A stretch of DNA of 47,779 bases from contig JAIRQZ010000009.1 in assembly GCA_031256235.1 (NCBI GenBank), positions 1 to 47,779 of the forward strand, written 5' to 3'. Positions within the stretch are counted from its first letter, which is position 1, and each line of letters begins with the position of its first letter. This document shows, one piece after another, positions 1-7,902 of this stretch. The DNA is from Christensenellaceae bacterium. GTDB taxonomy: Bacteria > Bacillota > Clostridia > Christensenellales > UBA1242. Made by a program: the position numbers and the translations under genes. The notes beneath the pieces are model-generated. The model had not been told where the DNA came from. It saw only the letters and a program-made list of their open reading frames with translations, and made no database searches.

Positions 1-663
1 GTGGTTTGTATCTTCACATGGACGAAAGGCATCAAACATGTCCCGGCCTCGATTGCCGAGCCCTTTGTCAACATAAGGATGTTCCTGTTGTTGGCGGTGT
101 CGTGGGCATTGTTCGGCGACAAAGTCGGATATGTAAGCATAATTTTGATTGTCGGCGTTTTTATTGCCTGCGTGATAATCGGATTCATTCAATACAAAAC
201 CGAAAAACAGCATGCAAACGCAAAAAATTACGTCCGCGGTTTGATATGGCTCTTGGCTTGGGTAGGTCTTTCCGTTGCGAATCTTACGGTCTTGAAGCAG
301 GCGGTTATATCCCAGGTCGACATCGTGACCTTCGTGACAATAGAGCAAGCAACATACACAATGCTTGCCTTTATTATTTTGTTGGTTTGGTGCTATCGTA
401 CAAAAACTTCCGTGAAAAGGTCCGTAAAAGAGGTTTTACGTTACCCAATCCACACGGGGATTGGCTCGACATACCTTGCCGATTTGATGTATATACCGCT
501 TTTGTTGGTGTTCAATATGGGAGTTTTGGATGCCATTATGGTCACAACTATAGTAGTAGTCATTGCAAGTGTAATCTTTTTGAAAGAAAAAATCCGTTGG
601 TACGTCTACCCTTTTATCGGAATAATCATCGGTTGCAGTGTGGCGTTAAGTTTACTTGGCTAG
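1..663 (+). CDS. Polytopic membrane protein, DMT/EamA-like permease (5' end outside window)
   Basis: The frame is open from base 1 to TAG at 661-663. It has multiple hydrophobic helices with short basic loops. The family call rests on topology and composition only. Confidence 0.4.
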   Translation: MVCIFTWTKGIKHVPASIAEPFVNIRMFLLLAVSWALFGDKVGYVSIILIVGVFIACVIIGFIQYKTEKQHANAKNYVRGLIWLLAWVGLSVANLTVLKQAVISQVDIVTFVTIEQATYTMLAFIILLVWCYRTKTSVKRSVKEVLRYPIHTGIGSTYLADLMYIPLLLVFNMGVLDAIMVTTIVVVIASVIFLKEKIRWYVYPFIGIIIGCSVALSLLG

Positions 664-1119
664 ATTCGCTTCATCAAACTTTGTTCGATCGATTTGAGTT
701 AATTCAACTCCGTTGCTACGGACAAATTCGTCATAAGGGCCATTGACCCAACAATTGGATGATTTGTCACGATAATAAACTGTTTTTACGCCTGCTGAAA
801 CAAGGTCGACAAGACACTCATAACAAGGCTGTTTTGTGACAATTGCGGTCAGTTTTTTGTAAGGCAGAACATCAAAATCTGAAAGTTTGTCGAGCGCATG
901 CATTTCTGCATGTTTAATTGGCATGTTCGGTTTATTTATGGTCGCGTCCCATTCTACTCCATCAGATATGGCATGGTTAAACCCACTTGCAAGGATACGC
1001 CCGTCACCTTCGATTATGCAACCGACTTTGCAACGCGTGTCTGGACTATCTTCGGAGATAAAGCCCGCATTCTCTATGCGACTTAAAGTTGTATGCAATT
1101 TGCTTTCTTTTAAATTCAT
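652..1119 (-). CDS. dCMP (deoxycytidylate) deaminase, ComEB type
   Basis: It has the zinc-deaminase motifs HAEMHAL and PCYECLVDL (H-A-E ... P-C-x-x-C) and is 155 aa long. Confidence 0.8.
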   Translation of the reverse strand: MNLKESKLHTTLSRIENAGFISEDSPDTRCKVGCIIEGDGRILASGFNHAISDGVEWDATINKPNMPIKHAEMHALDKLSDFDVLPYKKLTAIVTKQPCYECLVDLVSAGVKTVYYRDKSSNCWVNGPYDEFVRSNGVELTQIDRTKFDEANLAK

Positions 1120-1161
1120 TAAACTTAATTTAACATAAAACTTTGCATTTTACAAGAGCAA

Positions 1162-1190
1162 AATGTTCGACTTGTTACAATATGGTCGGG
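1162..1190. repeat. 29-nt direct repeat, copy A (aatgttcgacTtgttacaatatggtcggg)
   Basis: It matches 1789-1817 at 28 of 29 positions. Its last 8 nt equal the complement of the tRNA-Pro 3' end (CCCGACCA). Confidence 0.85.
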
Positions 1191-1238
1191 GTGACTGCTT
1201 CGCAGTCGAACTAATTATCAAACGAGATTACTTCGGTA

Positions 1239-1778
1239 TCAGTTTTGCCCATACTCGATAAACATTATTAAGTATTCGTACGCAGCCCATTTTTCAGTCA
1301 GTGACGCATTTTTATTGCGAACCATGTTTTTAAAATCTGCAAAATCTATCCATTTGACTTCATCGACTTCGTCTTTTTGTAGTTTAACTTTCATTACATT
1401 GACTTCTTTGAACGCAACGAAATATTCGTTAAAATGATTGTCGTTCATTCCGAATTTTGGTGTTTGCGTGCGGCGGCAACCAATGTATCTTACATCTTCG
1501 GGTTTGACTTTTATACCAAGTTCCTCATCAAGTTCACGAATCGCGGACATTAACCCAAGTTCGCCCGCCTCGACATGACCGCCGCTTGTGACGTCCCAGT
1601 ATCCACCCCATTTCTTTTTTGAAAGACTTCGTTTTTGTAACAACACTTGCTTTTTGCTGTTGACAAGGAACAAAACAACCGCCCTGTGATATGTGCCGTC
1701 CACGTGCGCTTTCTCTCGGCTTATTGTTTCACCTGTGAACTCGCCATTTTCATTTAATACGTCAAATAATTCTTCCAT
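1239..1778 (-). CDS. NUDIX hydrolase
   Basis: It has the Nudix box GGHVEAGELGLMSAIRELDEELGI. The SD aaggagga lies 5 nt upstream of the ATG at 1778. Confidence 0.8.
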   Translation of the reverse strand: MEELFDVLNENGEFTGETISREKAHVDGTYHRAVVLFLVNSKKQVLLQKRSLSKKKWGGYWDVTSGGHVEAGELGLMSAIRELDEELGIKVKPEDVRYIGCRRTQTPKFGMNDNHFNEYFVAFKEVNVMKVKLQKDEVDEVKWIDFADFKNMVRNKNASLTEKWAAYEYLIMFIEYGQN

Positions 1779-1788
1779 TTTCCTCCTT

Positions 1789-1817
1789 AATGTTCGACTC
1801 GTTACAATATGGTCGGG
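1789..1817. repeat. 29-nt direct repeat, copy B (overlaps the 3' end of tRNA-Pro)
   Basis: It matches 1162-1190 at 28 of 29 positions. It covers the last 8 nt of tRNA-Pro plus the 21 nt downstream of it. Confidence 0.85.
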
Positions 1818-1884
1818 ACTACAAGAGTTGAACTTGCCGTCTCTGCCCCCCCAGAGCAGCGCGATACCGCTTCGCTAAGTCCCG
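1810..1884 (-). tRNA. tRNA-Pro (anticodon GGG)
   Basis: A hand-folded 75-nt cloverleaf: acceptor CGGGACT/AGTCCCG, D stem GCGA/TCGC, anticodon stem CTGCT/GGCAG with loop CTGGGGG, T arm GCAAG-TTCAACT-CTTGT, discriminator A, encoded CCA. Confidence 0.85.
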
Positions 1885-1894
1885 ATAAGAAGTC

Positions 1895-2227
1895 TTATTT
1901 TCCCTCCCCTGTACGATTACCAGCCCCAGAAAAAACTCCACCAGTATGGCGCGCAGCAAGTTTCAAAATGTTCCTTTGCGCGACGTCTTCCAACGTGAAA
2001 CCAAACACATCACAAAGTTCCGCGATATACCACATTACGTCGCCAAGTTCCTTGATTAATTCGTCGCGGTCGATTGGCGTGCCTCGGCTGTAGTGCTTTT
2101 TAAGAATTTCGCACACTTCACCTGATTCGCCCGCGATACCCAAAAGCCCGTCGATTTCTTGGTCTTTCTTACTGGCGTGGTTCTTCTTGGTTACCATCGC
2201 CTGTCGTTGGTATTCGTTAAATTCCAT
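1895..2227 (-). CDS. MazG-like nucleotide pyrophosphohydrolase (small single-domain type)
   Basis: It has the EFNEYQ...ESGEVCE...ELGDVMWYIAEL helix pattern typical of all-alpha MazG NTP-PPases. The ORF extends to a GTG at 2242, but the ATG at 2227 is the more likely start. Confidence 0.7.
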   Translation of the reverse strand: MEFNEYQRQAMVTKKNHASKKDQEIDGLLGIAGESGEVCEILKKHYSRGTPIDRDELIKELGDVMWYIAELCDVFGFTLEDVAQRNILKLAARHTGGVFSGAGNRTGEGK

Positions 2228-2254
2228 AAAATATATTACCACACCGCCAGTACA

Positions 2255-2284
2255 TTGACAAGCAGGAAAGAAATGTTATATAAT
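2255..2284 (+). promoter_or_regulatory. Sigma-70-type promoter for tRNA-His
   Basis: TTGACA (2255-2260), an 18-nt spacer, then TATAAT (2279-2284). It lies about 70 nt upstream of the tRNA. Confidence 0.5.
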
Positions 2285-2357
2285 ACTTGACGCGGTGGAT
2301 TTGTAATACTTTTGGCTTACTTTCGTTCGACCAAAAGTATTGCTCCCACCACTACGT

Positions 2358-2435
2358 GGTGGGAGTAGCTCAGTTGGTTAGAGCGTTGGATTGTGGTCCC
2401 AAAGGTCGTGGGTTCGATTCCCATCTTCCACCCCA
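2358..2435 (+). tRNA. tRNA-His (anticodon GTG) with encoded G-1
   Basis: A 78-nt cloverleaf: G-1 pairs with C73, acceptor GTGGGAG/CTTCCAC, anticodon loop TTGTGGT, T arm GTGGG-TTCGATT-CCCAT, encoded CCA. Confidence 0.9.
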
Positions 2436-2627
2436 TTGAAAAACAAAGTTTTGATACTTGCGTATATGGGCACGGGCAAAACAGAAGTGGCGCGCCGTTA
2501 TCAAAATGTCGTCGACCACGACTTTCAAGATTACAAATTTATATACGACAAGTCCATAGCACACTTGCCGATTGTCATAAAACGTGGTCAATTCTTGGAC
2601 GAAGTGATTAAACAACTTCTTTTTTAG
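2436..2627 (+). pseudogene. Short P-loop NTPase N-terminal fragment (possible gene remnant)
   Basis: A TTG immediately after the tRNA CCA opens KNKVLILAYMGTGKTEVARRY (beta strand plus Walker A GTGKT). The frame stops after about 63 codons and its end overlaps the clpX 3' end. Confidence 0.25.
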
Positions 2628-3921
2628 GTATAGCCTTACACTCAAGTTTGGCGCGTTCGGACTTTTCGATAACGCGTTTCGTTATGAATACTTTGCCACT
2701 TTTTTCGGTTCCGCTGATTTCGGTTGGGGTTTCGTACATGATGTCAAGCATGCTTTCTTCAAGTATCGTTCGCAAGGCCCGCGCTCCAGTTTTTAACTGC
2801 ATCGCAAGTTCGGCGACGGCTTCAATGGCCTCGTCGTCGAAATCAAGTTCGATATTGTCAAGCGCGAACATTTTTTTGTACTGCTTTATAAGGGCGTTTT
2901 TGGGTTTGGTCAAAATTTTGACAAGCGCCTGTTTGTTAAGAGCCTGTAGCCCAACGATAATGGGCACGCGGCCGACGAATTCGGGGATGATACCGTATTT
3001 GACAAGGTCGACGGGCGAAACGGAATGAATATCGGCAATCTCTTGCGATTCGCCAGAATCCTCCTTTAGTTCCGCGCCAAAGCCCATGGATGTGCCGTGC
3101 AATCGGCTTGACACGATTTTTTCAAGGCCGACAAAAGCGCCACCCACGATGAAAAGGATGTTTTGAGTATTAATTTGGATGCATTCTTGGTTCGGATGTT
3201 TGCGTCCGCCTTGTGGAGGCACGTTTGCAATTGTGCTTTCAATAATTTTTAAAAGCGCCTGTTGCACACCCTCACCAGAAACGTCGCGTGTAATCGAGCG
3301 GTTTTCGCCTTTCTTGGCAATTTTGTCGATTTCGTCGATGTAAATTATTCCGCGTTCTGCGCGCGCAACGTCGTAATCGGCGGCCTGGATAAGTTTTAAC
3401 AAAATGTTTTCAACGTCTTCGCCGACATATCCCGCCTCGGTCAAAGCAGTCGCATCCGCTACGGCGAAAGGCACATCAAGAATACGGGCAAGCGTCCGAG
3501 CCATAAGAGTCTTTCCCGAACCCGTGGGGCCAATCATAAGGATGTTGCTTTTTTCAAGTTCGATATCGTCTTCTTTGTCTTTGCGGGATTTTGTCGCAAC
3601 CTTCTCGACATTGTTTTGTAATGTGGTTCGATCGGAAAGATTATAATTAACGCGCTTGTAATGATTGTAAACAGCAACGGCAAGGACCTTCTTGGCGGCG
3701 TCTTGGCCAATTATGTAATCATCCAACTTCGACTTGATTTCCGCGGGCGTCGGAAGTTTCAACAACGATGTTTCCGCAGTCTTGCGCTGTTCCATAAGCA
3801 TGATGTTGGAACATGTCGAGATGCACGAGTCGCAAATGAAACTTTTGCCGTTGGGACTGGCAATTATTTTTTTTACTTCATGGTTACTGCGACCGCAAAA
3901 ACTGCAAAATGTGTTAATCAT
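2608..3921 (-). CDS. clpX: ATP-dependent Clp protease ATP-binding subunit ClpX
   Basis: It has the N-terminal C4 zinc finger (CSFCG...CDSC), Walker A GPTGSGKT, Walker [10 protein letters not shown] and ClpX-typical length. Confidence 0.95.
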   Translation of the reverse strand: MINTFCSFCGRSNHEVKKIIASPNGKSFICDSCISTCSNIMLMEQRKTAETSLLKLPTPAEIKSKLDDYIIGQDAAKKVLAVAVYNHYKRVNYNLSDRTTLQNNVEKVATKSRKDKEDDIELEKSNILMIGPTGSGKTLMARTLARILDVPFAVADATALTEAGYVGEDVENILLKLIQAADYDVARAERGIIYIDEIDKIAKKGENRSITRDVSGEGVQQALLKIIESTIANVPPQGGRKHPNQECIQINTQNILFIVGGAFVGLEKIVSSRLHGTSMGFGAELKEDSGESQEIADIHSVSPVDLVKYGIIPEFVGRVPIIVGLQALNKQALVKILTKPKNALIKQYKKMFALDNIELDFDDEAIEAVAELAMQLKTGARALRTILEESMLDIMYETPTEISGTEKSGKVFITKRVIEKSERAKLECKAIPKKEVV

Positions 3922-3949
3922 ATCCTATTATACTCCATATATTACCTTT

Positions 3950-4528
3950 TTATCGCTTAACAAAAACTTTGTCGATAAGTCCGTAATCTTTTGCTTCGGC
4001 GGCCGTCATGTAATAGTCACGCTCGCAATCGGCAGCGACTTTGTCAAGTTGTTGGCCAGCATTTTCGGATAAAATTTTTGTAAGTTTCTTCTTAAGTTTC
4101 AATATGTGTTCGGCCTGGATTTGTATATCGGTTGCTTGGCCTTGCGCGCCACCCAAAGGTTGATGAATCATGATTTCACTGTTCGGCAAAGCATATCGCT
4201 TGCCTTTCGCGCCCGAGGACAACAGGAATGCCCCCATGCTTGCCGCCATGCCGACGCAAATCGTGGACACGTCGCATTTGATGTATTGCATAGTGTCATA
4301 AATCGCCAAGCCGTCGGTGACGCTTCCACCTGGGCTGTTGATATACAAACTTATGTCCTTGGTCGGGTCCTTGGCCTCCAAGAAAATCAGTTGCGCGATA
4401 ACAACATTGGCCGATTGGCTGTTGACCTCGCCGTTCAAGAATACAACGCGATCCTCCAAAAGACGGCTGTAGATATCATAACTACGTTCTCCGTTCCCCG
4501 TTTGGTCGATGACTATAGGTATTAACAT
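3950..4528 (-). CDS. clpP: ATP-dependent Clp protease proteolytic subunit ClpP
   Basis: [11 protein letters not shown], the catalytic Ser context [11 protein letters not shown] and MIHQPLGG match ClpP. The SD aggagg lies upstream. Confidence 0.95.
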   Translation of the reverse strand: MLIPIVIDQTGNGERSYDIYSRLLEDRVVFLNGEVNSQSANVVIAQLIFLEAKDPTKDISLYINSPGGSVTDGLAIYDTMQYIKCDVSTICVGMAASMGAFLLSSGAKGKRYALPNSEIMIHQPLGGAQGQATDIQIQAEHILKLKKKLTKILSENAGQQLDKVAADCERDYYMTAAEAKDYGLIDKVFVKR

Positions 4529-4644
4529 AAAATCCTCCTAAAACTCTTTCGAATTAGCCCAATACGGGTTAACTATATTATATACGAATAACGATGATAA
4601 ACAAACTAAAATCGTGACTTTTATGTAGAAAGTATCTATTTTGA

Positions 4645-4678
4645 TGACACCAATTTTGGCACTTATTTTTTACACTAT
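4645..4678. repeat. Island-flanking imperfect direct repeat, clpP-side copy
   Basis: tgacaccaattttggcacttattttttacacta aligns with 13460-13493 at 27 of the first 33 positions. The core is tgacacNNattttggcact. Confidence 0.45.
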
Positions 4679-4775
4679 TTCAAAAGTGCCGTATAAATTT
4701 TATCGTATTTATACAGTCATTCTTTAGATTAGACGTGTTACCTATGGCAAACAGCACATTAGGACAAAACTTTTC

Positions 4776-4797
4776 AAACCAGCAACCGCTGGTTTTT
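4776..4797. terminator. Hairpin terminator at the distal end of the island operon
   Basis: AAACCAGC-aacc-GCTGGTTT has an A-run on one side and a T-run on the other (bidirectional form). It starts 6 nt past the stop of the last operon gene. Confidence 0.4.
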
Positions 4798-4802
4798 ACA
4801 TA

Positions 4803-5123
4803 TCAAAAAGGAGACACTTGACTAGGATTTTTACCTCTTGAATGGATAATAAGATCACAAACTATTGATTGAACGACCGCTTCATTACCTGTCACAATAG
4901 TTTTCACACGTCCTTCGTTCCTATTGTACTCGACGTCAACTTTGTAGTGAGAAATCTTTGTCTGCCATTTTTTGTTTTCTAAATGCCTTTTCAATGCACC
5001 GCATAGAGTTCGTTCGGATACATCGTCATAAAATAAGTCTTTGTCTATTTTCAAAAAAGAAGCATTTGCCTTTTCAAATAAGTCTAACAAAAATTCATAG
5101 TCTTCGTCACAATCGTAGTTCAT
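4803..5123 (-). CDS. Small protein with a partial PD-(D/E)xK nuclease-like pattern (last gene of island operon)
   Basis: SERTLCGALKRHLE ... YKVDVEYNR ... VCDLIIHSRG resembles helix-E plus the (P)D strand of restriction-endonuclease-fold proteins. The ORF ends 12 aa later without an (D/E)xK strand. The ATG at 5123 has SD aaggaaa; the ORF track starts at a TTG at 5147. Confidence 0.3.
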   Translation of the reverse strand: MNYDCDEDYEFLLDLFEKANASFLKIDKDLFYDDVSERTLCGALKRHLENKKWQTKISHYKVDVEYNRNEGRVKTIVTGNEAVVQSIVCDLIIHSRGKNPSQVSPF

Positions 5124-5133
5124 TATTTTCCTT

Positions 5134-5556
5134 TTATCTTTGTACAATTCCTAAATAGGATTCTTTATATCCATAATACCTCTTCAAATAAACAGCAGTA
5201 TTCATAACTGAAGCAAATGCAAAAACCGGAAGAGCCGATTTCATATTAAATAACAAACCTGCCCAAATATACGCAGAAAATGAAACATTAACCGTAAATA
5301 CAGGAAAAGCAAAATAGCATATTATATCAATAATTACAGAGTAGATTAGAATGGATACAGACCTTACTATCTGATTATTGAATCTTTTAAGCGCCAGTGA
5401 CACAAAGTAAATAACACCTAAATTGAGGAATAAAAATGGTATTGTATTTGCTGTTGACGTACAGAATAAATAAACAGCCAGAATTGCAAGCGCTCCATAA
5501 CCTATAAACTTGTTTTTTTGTGCTACCCCATACATTAGGAAACCTGATATTGGCAT
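5134..5556 (-). CDS. Small polytopic membrane protein (4-5 TM), possibly an ECF S-component-like vitamin-binding subunit
   Basis: Hydrophobic helices run throughout. A strong SD agggagga lies upstream. It sits directly downstream of a DUF4430 gene. The function is inferred from context only. Confidence 0.35.
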   Translation of the reverse strand: MPISGFLMYGVAQKNKFIGYGALAILAVYLFCTSTANTIPFLFLNLGVIYFVSLALKRFNNQIVRSVSILIYSVIIDIICYFAFPVFTVNVSFSAYIWAGLLFNMKSALPVFAFASVMNTAVYLKRYYGYKESYLGIVQR

Positions 5557-5570
5557 TTGTTAATCCTCCC

Positions 5571-6020
5571 TTAATACCCCCAGTAAGATGCGTCCACATA
5601 TCTTAAAACAATCACATCGCCGTCCTTCACTCGGTATGCAGAAACACCGACTGCTGCTTGCTGAAAGTTTACTTCAAATGCCCAAGCGTACCCTGTTCCA
5701 GCACCCCAATCATAGTTGTCATCCTTGCCCATCGCAGAAGTAATTAACATACCGTAACTTGACTCTGTGTATCCAAGTTGCATAACTGATTTATTCTCTT
5801 TTAAAATATCCGCAACTAGATTTGATTTATAATCTTTTGAACTTATGAACTTAATCTCCACCGCACTTTCGTCTAAAATTGAGATACTAATATTTTTAAC
5901 TGCAACTTTGGGAGCAGGTATCAATGTCCAAATCATTAATCCAACCAAAACAACTGCCAAAGCAATATTAATATATAACGATATTTTACTTGGTCGCTTG
6001 TTTTGTGGTTGATTATCCAT
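5571..6020 (-). CDS. Membrane-anchored DUF4430 (transcobalamin beta-domain-like) protein
   Basis: It has an N-terminal TM anchor (ISLYINIALAVVLVGLMIWTLI). The C-terminal GYAWAFEVNFQQAAVGVSAYRVKDGDVIVLRY matches the DUF4430 signature GWxYxVNGxxxxxGxxxYxLKDGDxIxWxY. Its start overlaps the rSAM stop (ATGGATAA). Confidence 0.6.
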   Translation of the reverse strand: MDNQPQNKRPSKISLYINIALAVVLVGLMIWTLIPAPKVAVKNISISILDESAVEIKFISSKDYKSNLVADILKENKSVMQLGYTESSYGMLITSAMGKDDNYDWGAGTGYAWAFEVNFQQAAVGVSAYRVKDGDVIVLRYVDASYWGY

Positions 6021-7902
6021 TGTTTCTCCCTTTAATTTTGTCTTCAGTATCTTTTCTTGTGAAAGTATAATACTTTAACACCTTAAGGATATCCTTGTCA
6101 TCCGTTAGCGAGCTTATATCAGAAAAATTATTTTTTTCAACTATCCCCTTAAGTATTGATAGTTTTTCTTCTGGAAGCGCCCTGTAATCTCTCCACCACC
6201 TTCCGGTGCCACCATTTTTTTTGTTCTCTTCGCGGTAGATAATAAACGCTTCTGGCATATAAAGTATTTTCTCAAATTCTTTTTCGTCTTTGCCAAATGC
6301 TACTTCAAAGAACCTCTTACCTTTTCCTATCTTCCCTTTTGTTGAATTTAGCACTGCTTGTATTGCTCTAATAAACTTACGGTTCCAATGTTTGCCAGTA
6401 TACTTGCGGTCTTTGTAGCTCCACTCATCTTCTTTCCCTTTGCCTGTGATAGGATGATATTTCATAGGAAATGAAAAAATACTGACCTTAAGTTCCTCAC
6501 AAAGGTCAATATTTAGCTTCATGCGCAAAAATAGTTCCTCCGGTTTATCGTTAAAGTTGTAAAGCATGTAATTTGAAAGTTCACGTATTCCACTTTTTGC
6601 AGCCATACGAACAGATGCTTCATATGTTTCTTTGCCAGCCCATTGGTCAAATGCAATGCGCAGTGGTGAGATATTTGTTTCGGCCAGCTTGTCCATTTTC
6701 TCTTGAGTAATAAGACGTGCGTCTACCCCTTGGTTAAAATCAATAATTCTTTTCAATGGTCCACGTTTAAAATACTTTGCAAAGAGTGGCGACATAAAGC
6801 TATCAAGCTCAAGTATTTTTTCCTTTGATGCCGAAAGATAATCACTACAAAATGCTCCGTTAATTTTGGATTCTGCTTCAGCGACTACGTCCTGCTTATC
6901 AAGTTTGGTCAATTTTTTTATTAGTTCTTTATATAAATCAACGCATACTCGAATGTATGCTCGCTCGTTAAAATTATCTCGTAAGTTTTTTATTGCAATC
7001 TCGTATTTGCTTTCAGGAATATAGGTCGCGCCGTGCTGAAAACCGCAACGTTTTATTTCATCAATAATATTTGAATAACACTTTGAAGCAAGCACATTAT
7101 TATCAAGCAAAAGCAAGTTCCGTTGTTCACCAAACCGCTCTTTTGATTTTGCAATTGTTTTTTCAAGCCCGATATAATGCTTAAACTCTGGCTCAAGCTT
7201 TGGTACAGCACAAAAACCACATTTATTTGTACACCCACGAGTCATATAAGCAAAGTAAGCGTCGTGCGCTGGGTACTTATACTCAACTTCTTCCAAAATC
7301 GAATAATCAAGAGGTAATTCATCAATTATGTTCGTATCACCTTCATCAATGATACCAGGCTTATCTAATTGCCTTTCGAATGGTCTGATCCCTGTTTCTA
7401 GTTCAATTTCGTCAGGTAATAAGGATGCCATTATTCCACCAACCATTATCCGTCCGTCTGGCTTTCGAAATTTGTTTGCAAAGTTTATTGTTTCAATAGT
7501 TTTACTCCAATAAAATGTAAAAAGTGTTGTAACGCCCACGAAATCATAGACCGGATTATTTTTTATATAATCCTTATTTTTGAAGTTCTTTCTTGATGTT
7601 TGAATTTGTTCGACAATCTCACTTGACAAAATTTTGCAGATAAAATCAAAATCTTCATTTTTACCATGGCGAATAAACCTAAAAAAAAGCGGCTCTTGGC
7701 CGCACCAAGATTTGTCTGCCATGGTACACAATTGTTCCATAAAACGGTCGTATATAACTTCAGCACGAAGATCAAGTTCGCTACCCTTAAAAAAACGCAC
7801 ATCATCACCGCGCTCTCGAAAATAAGTCGCAAGTTTCATCAACCCCATCGGTGGGTACTTGTTGCGATAGTTAGGTTCGATTAAAAGCACTTTTCTTTTC
7901 AC
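6013..7902 (-). CDS. Radical SAM enzyme with N-terminal B12-binding-like domain (class B type)
   Basis: The N-terminus VLLIEPNYRNKYPPMGLMKLATYFRERGDDV is a Rossmann-like B12-binding-domain pattern. The CxxxCxxC cluster is MTRGCTNKCGFCAV. It is 629 aa long with a long uncharacterised C-terminal region. The GTG start overlaps the upstream stop (TAGTG) and has SD aaggag. Confidence 0.8.
   Translation of the reverse strand: MKRKVLLIEPNYRNKYPPMGLMKLATYFRERGDDVRFFKGSELDLRAEVIYDRFMEQLCTMADKSWCGQEPLFFRFIRHGKNEDFDFICKILSSEIVEQIQTSRKNFKNKDYIKNNPVYDFVGVTTLFTFYWSKTIETINFANKFRKPDGRIMVGGIMASLLPDEIELETGIRPFERQLDKPGIIDEGDTNIIDELPLDYSILEEVEYKYPAHDAYFAYMTRGCTNKCGFCAVPKLEPEFKHYIGLEKTIAKSKERFGEQRNLLLLDNNVLASKCYSNIIDEIKRCGFQHGATYIPESKYEIAIKNLRDNFNERAYIRVCVDLYKELIKKLTKLDKQDVVAEAESKINGAFCSDYLSASKEKILELDSFMSPLFAKYFKRGPLKRIIDFNQGVDARLITQEKMDKLAETNISPLRIAFDQWAGKETYEASVRMAAKSGIRELSNYMLYNFNDKPEELFLRMKLNIDLCEELKVSIFSFPMKYHPITGKGKEDEWSYKDRKYTGKHWNRKFIRAIQAVLNSTKGKIGKGKRFFEVAFGKDEKEFEKILYMPEAFIIYREENKKNGGTGRWWRDYRALPEEKLSILKGIVEKNNFSDISSLTDDKDILKVLKYYTFTRKDTEDKIKGRNNG

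Noticed and set aside
652-2242. I considered whether dCMP deaminase, NUDIX hydrolase and MazG-like pyrophosphohydrolase, clustered around tRNA-Pro, form a nucleotide-depletion defence module.
   Set aside because: All three are common housekeeping or house-cleaning enzymes. Their composition looks native, and nothing in the sequence ties them to a conflict function beyond adjacency. The repeat around the NUDIX gene is reported separately.
4529-4640. I looked for CtsR operator repeats (GGTCAAA-nan-GGTCAAA) upstream of clpP, and also upstream of mcsA at 37465-37520.
   Set aside because: No heptad repeat close to the consensus was found in either region. A clpP promoter-like TTGTTT-17-TATAAT is present, but no operator.
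4655-4672. TGGCAC within both island-flanking repeats resembles the -24 element of sigma-54 promoters.
   Set aside because: The -12 TTGC element is absent at the required spacing: TGGCAC-ttatt-TTTT in one copy and TGGCAC-tcaat-TTTT in the other.
4803-4805. I considered read-through of the TGA that ends the small nuclease-like ORF, which would add about 40 in-frame codons.
   Set aside because: The extension (YVKTSGCWFEKFCPNVLFAIGNTSN...) contains no (D/E)xK strand and runs through the terminator hairpin. There is no recoding signal.
5557-6020. I expected a cobalamin riboswitch upstream of the DUF4430 and membrane genes.
   Set aside because: The genes are packed with an 8-nt overlap and a 14-nt gap, leaving no room for a ~200-nt riboswitch.
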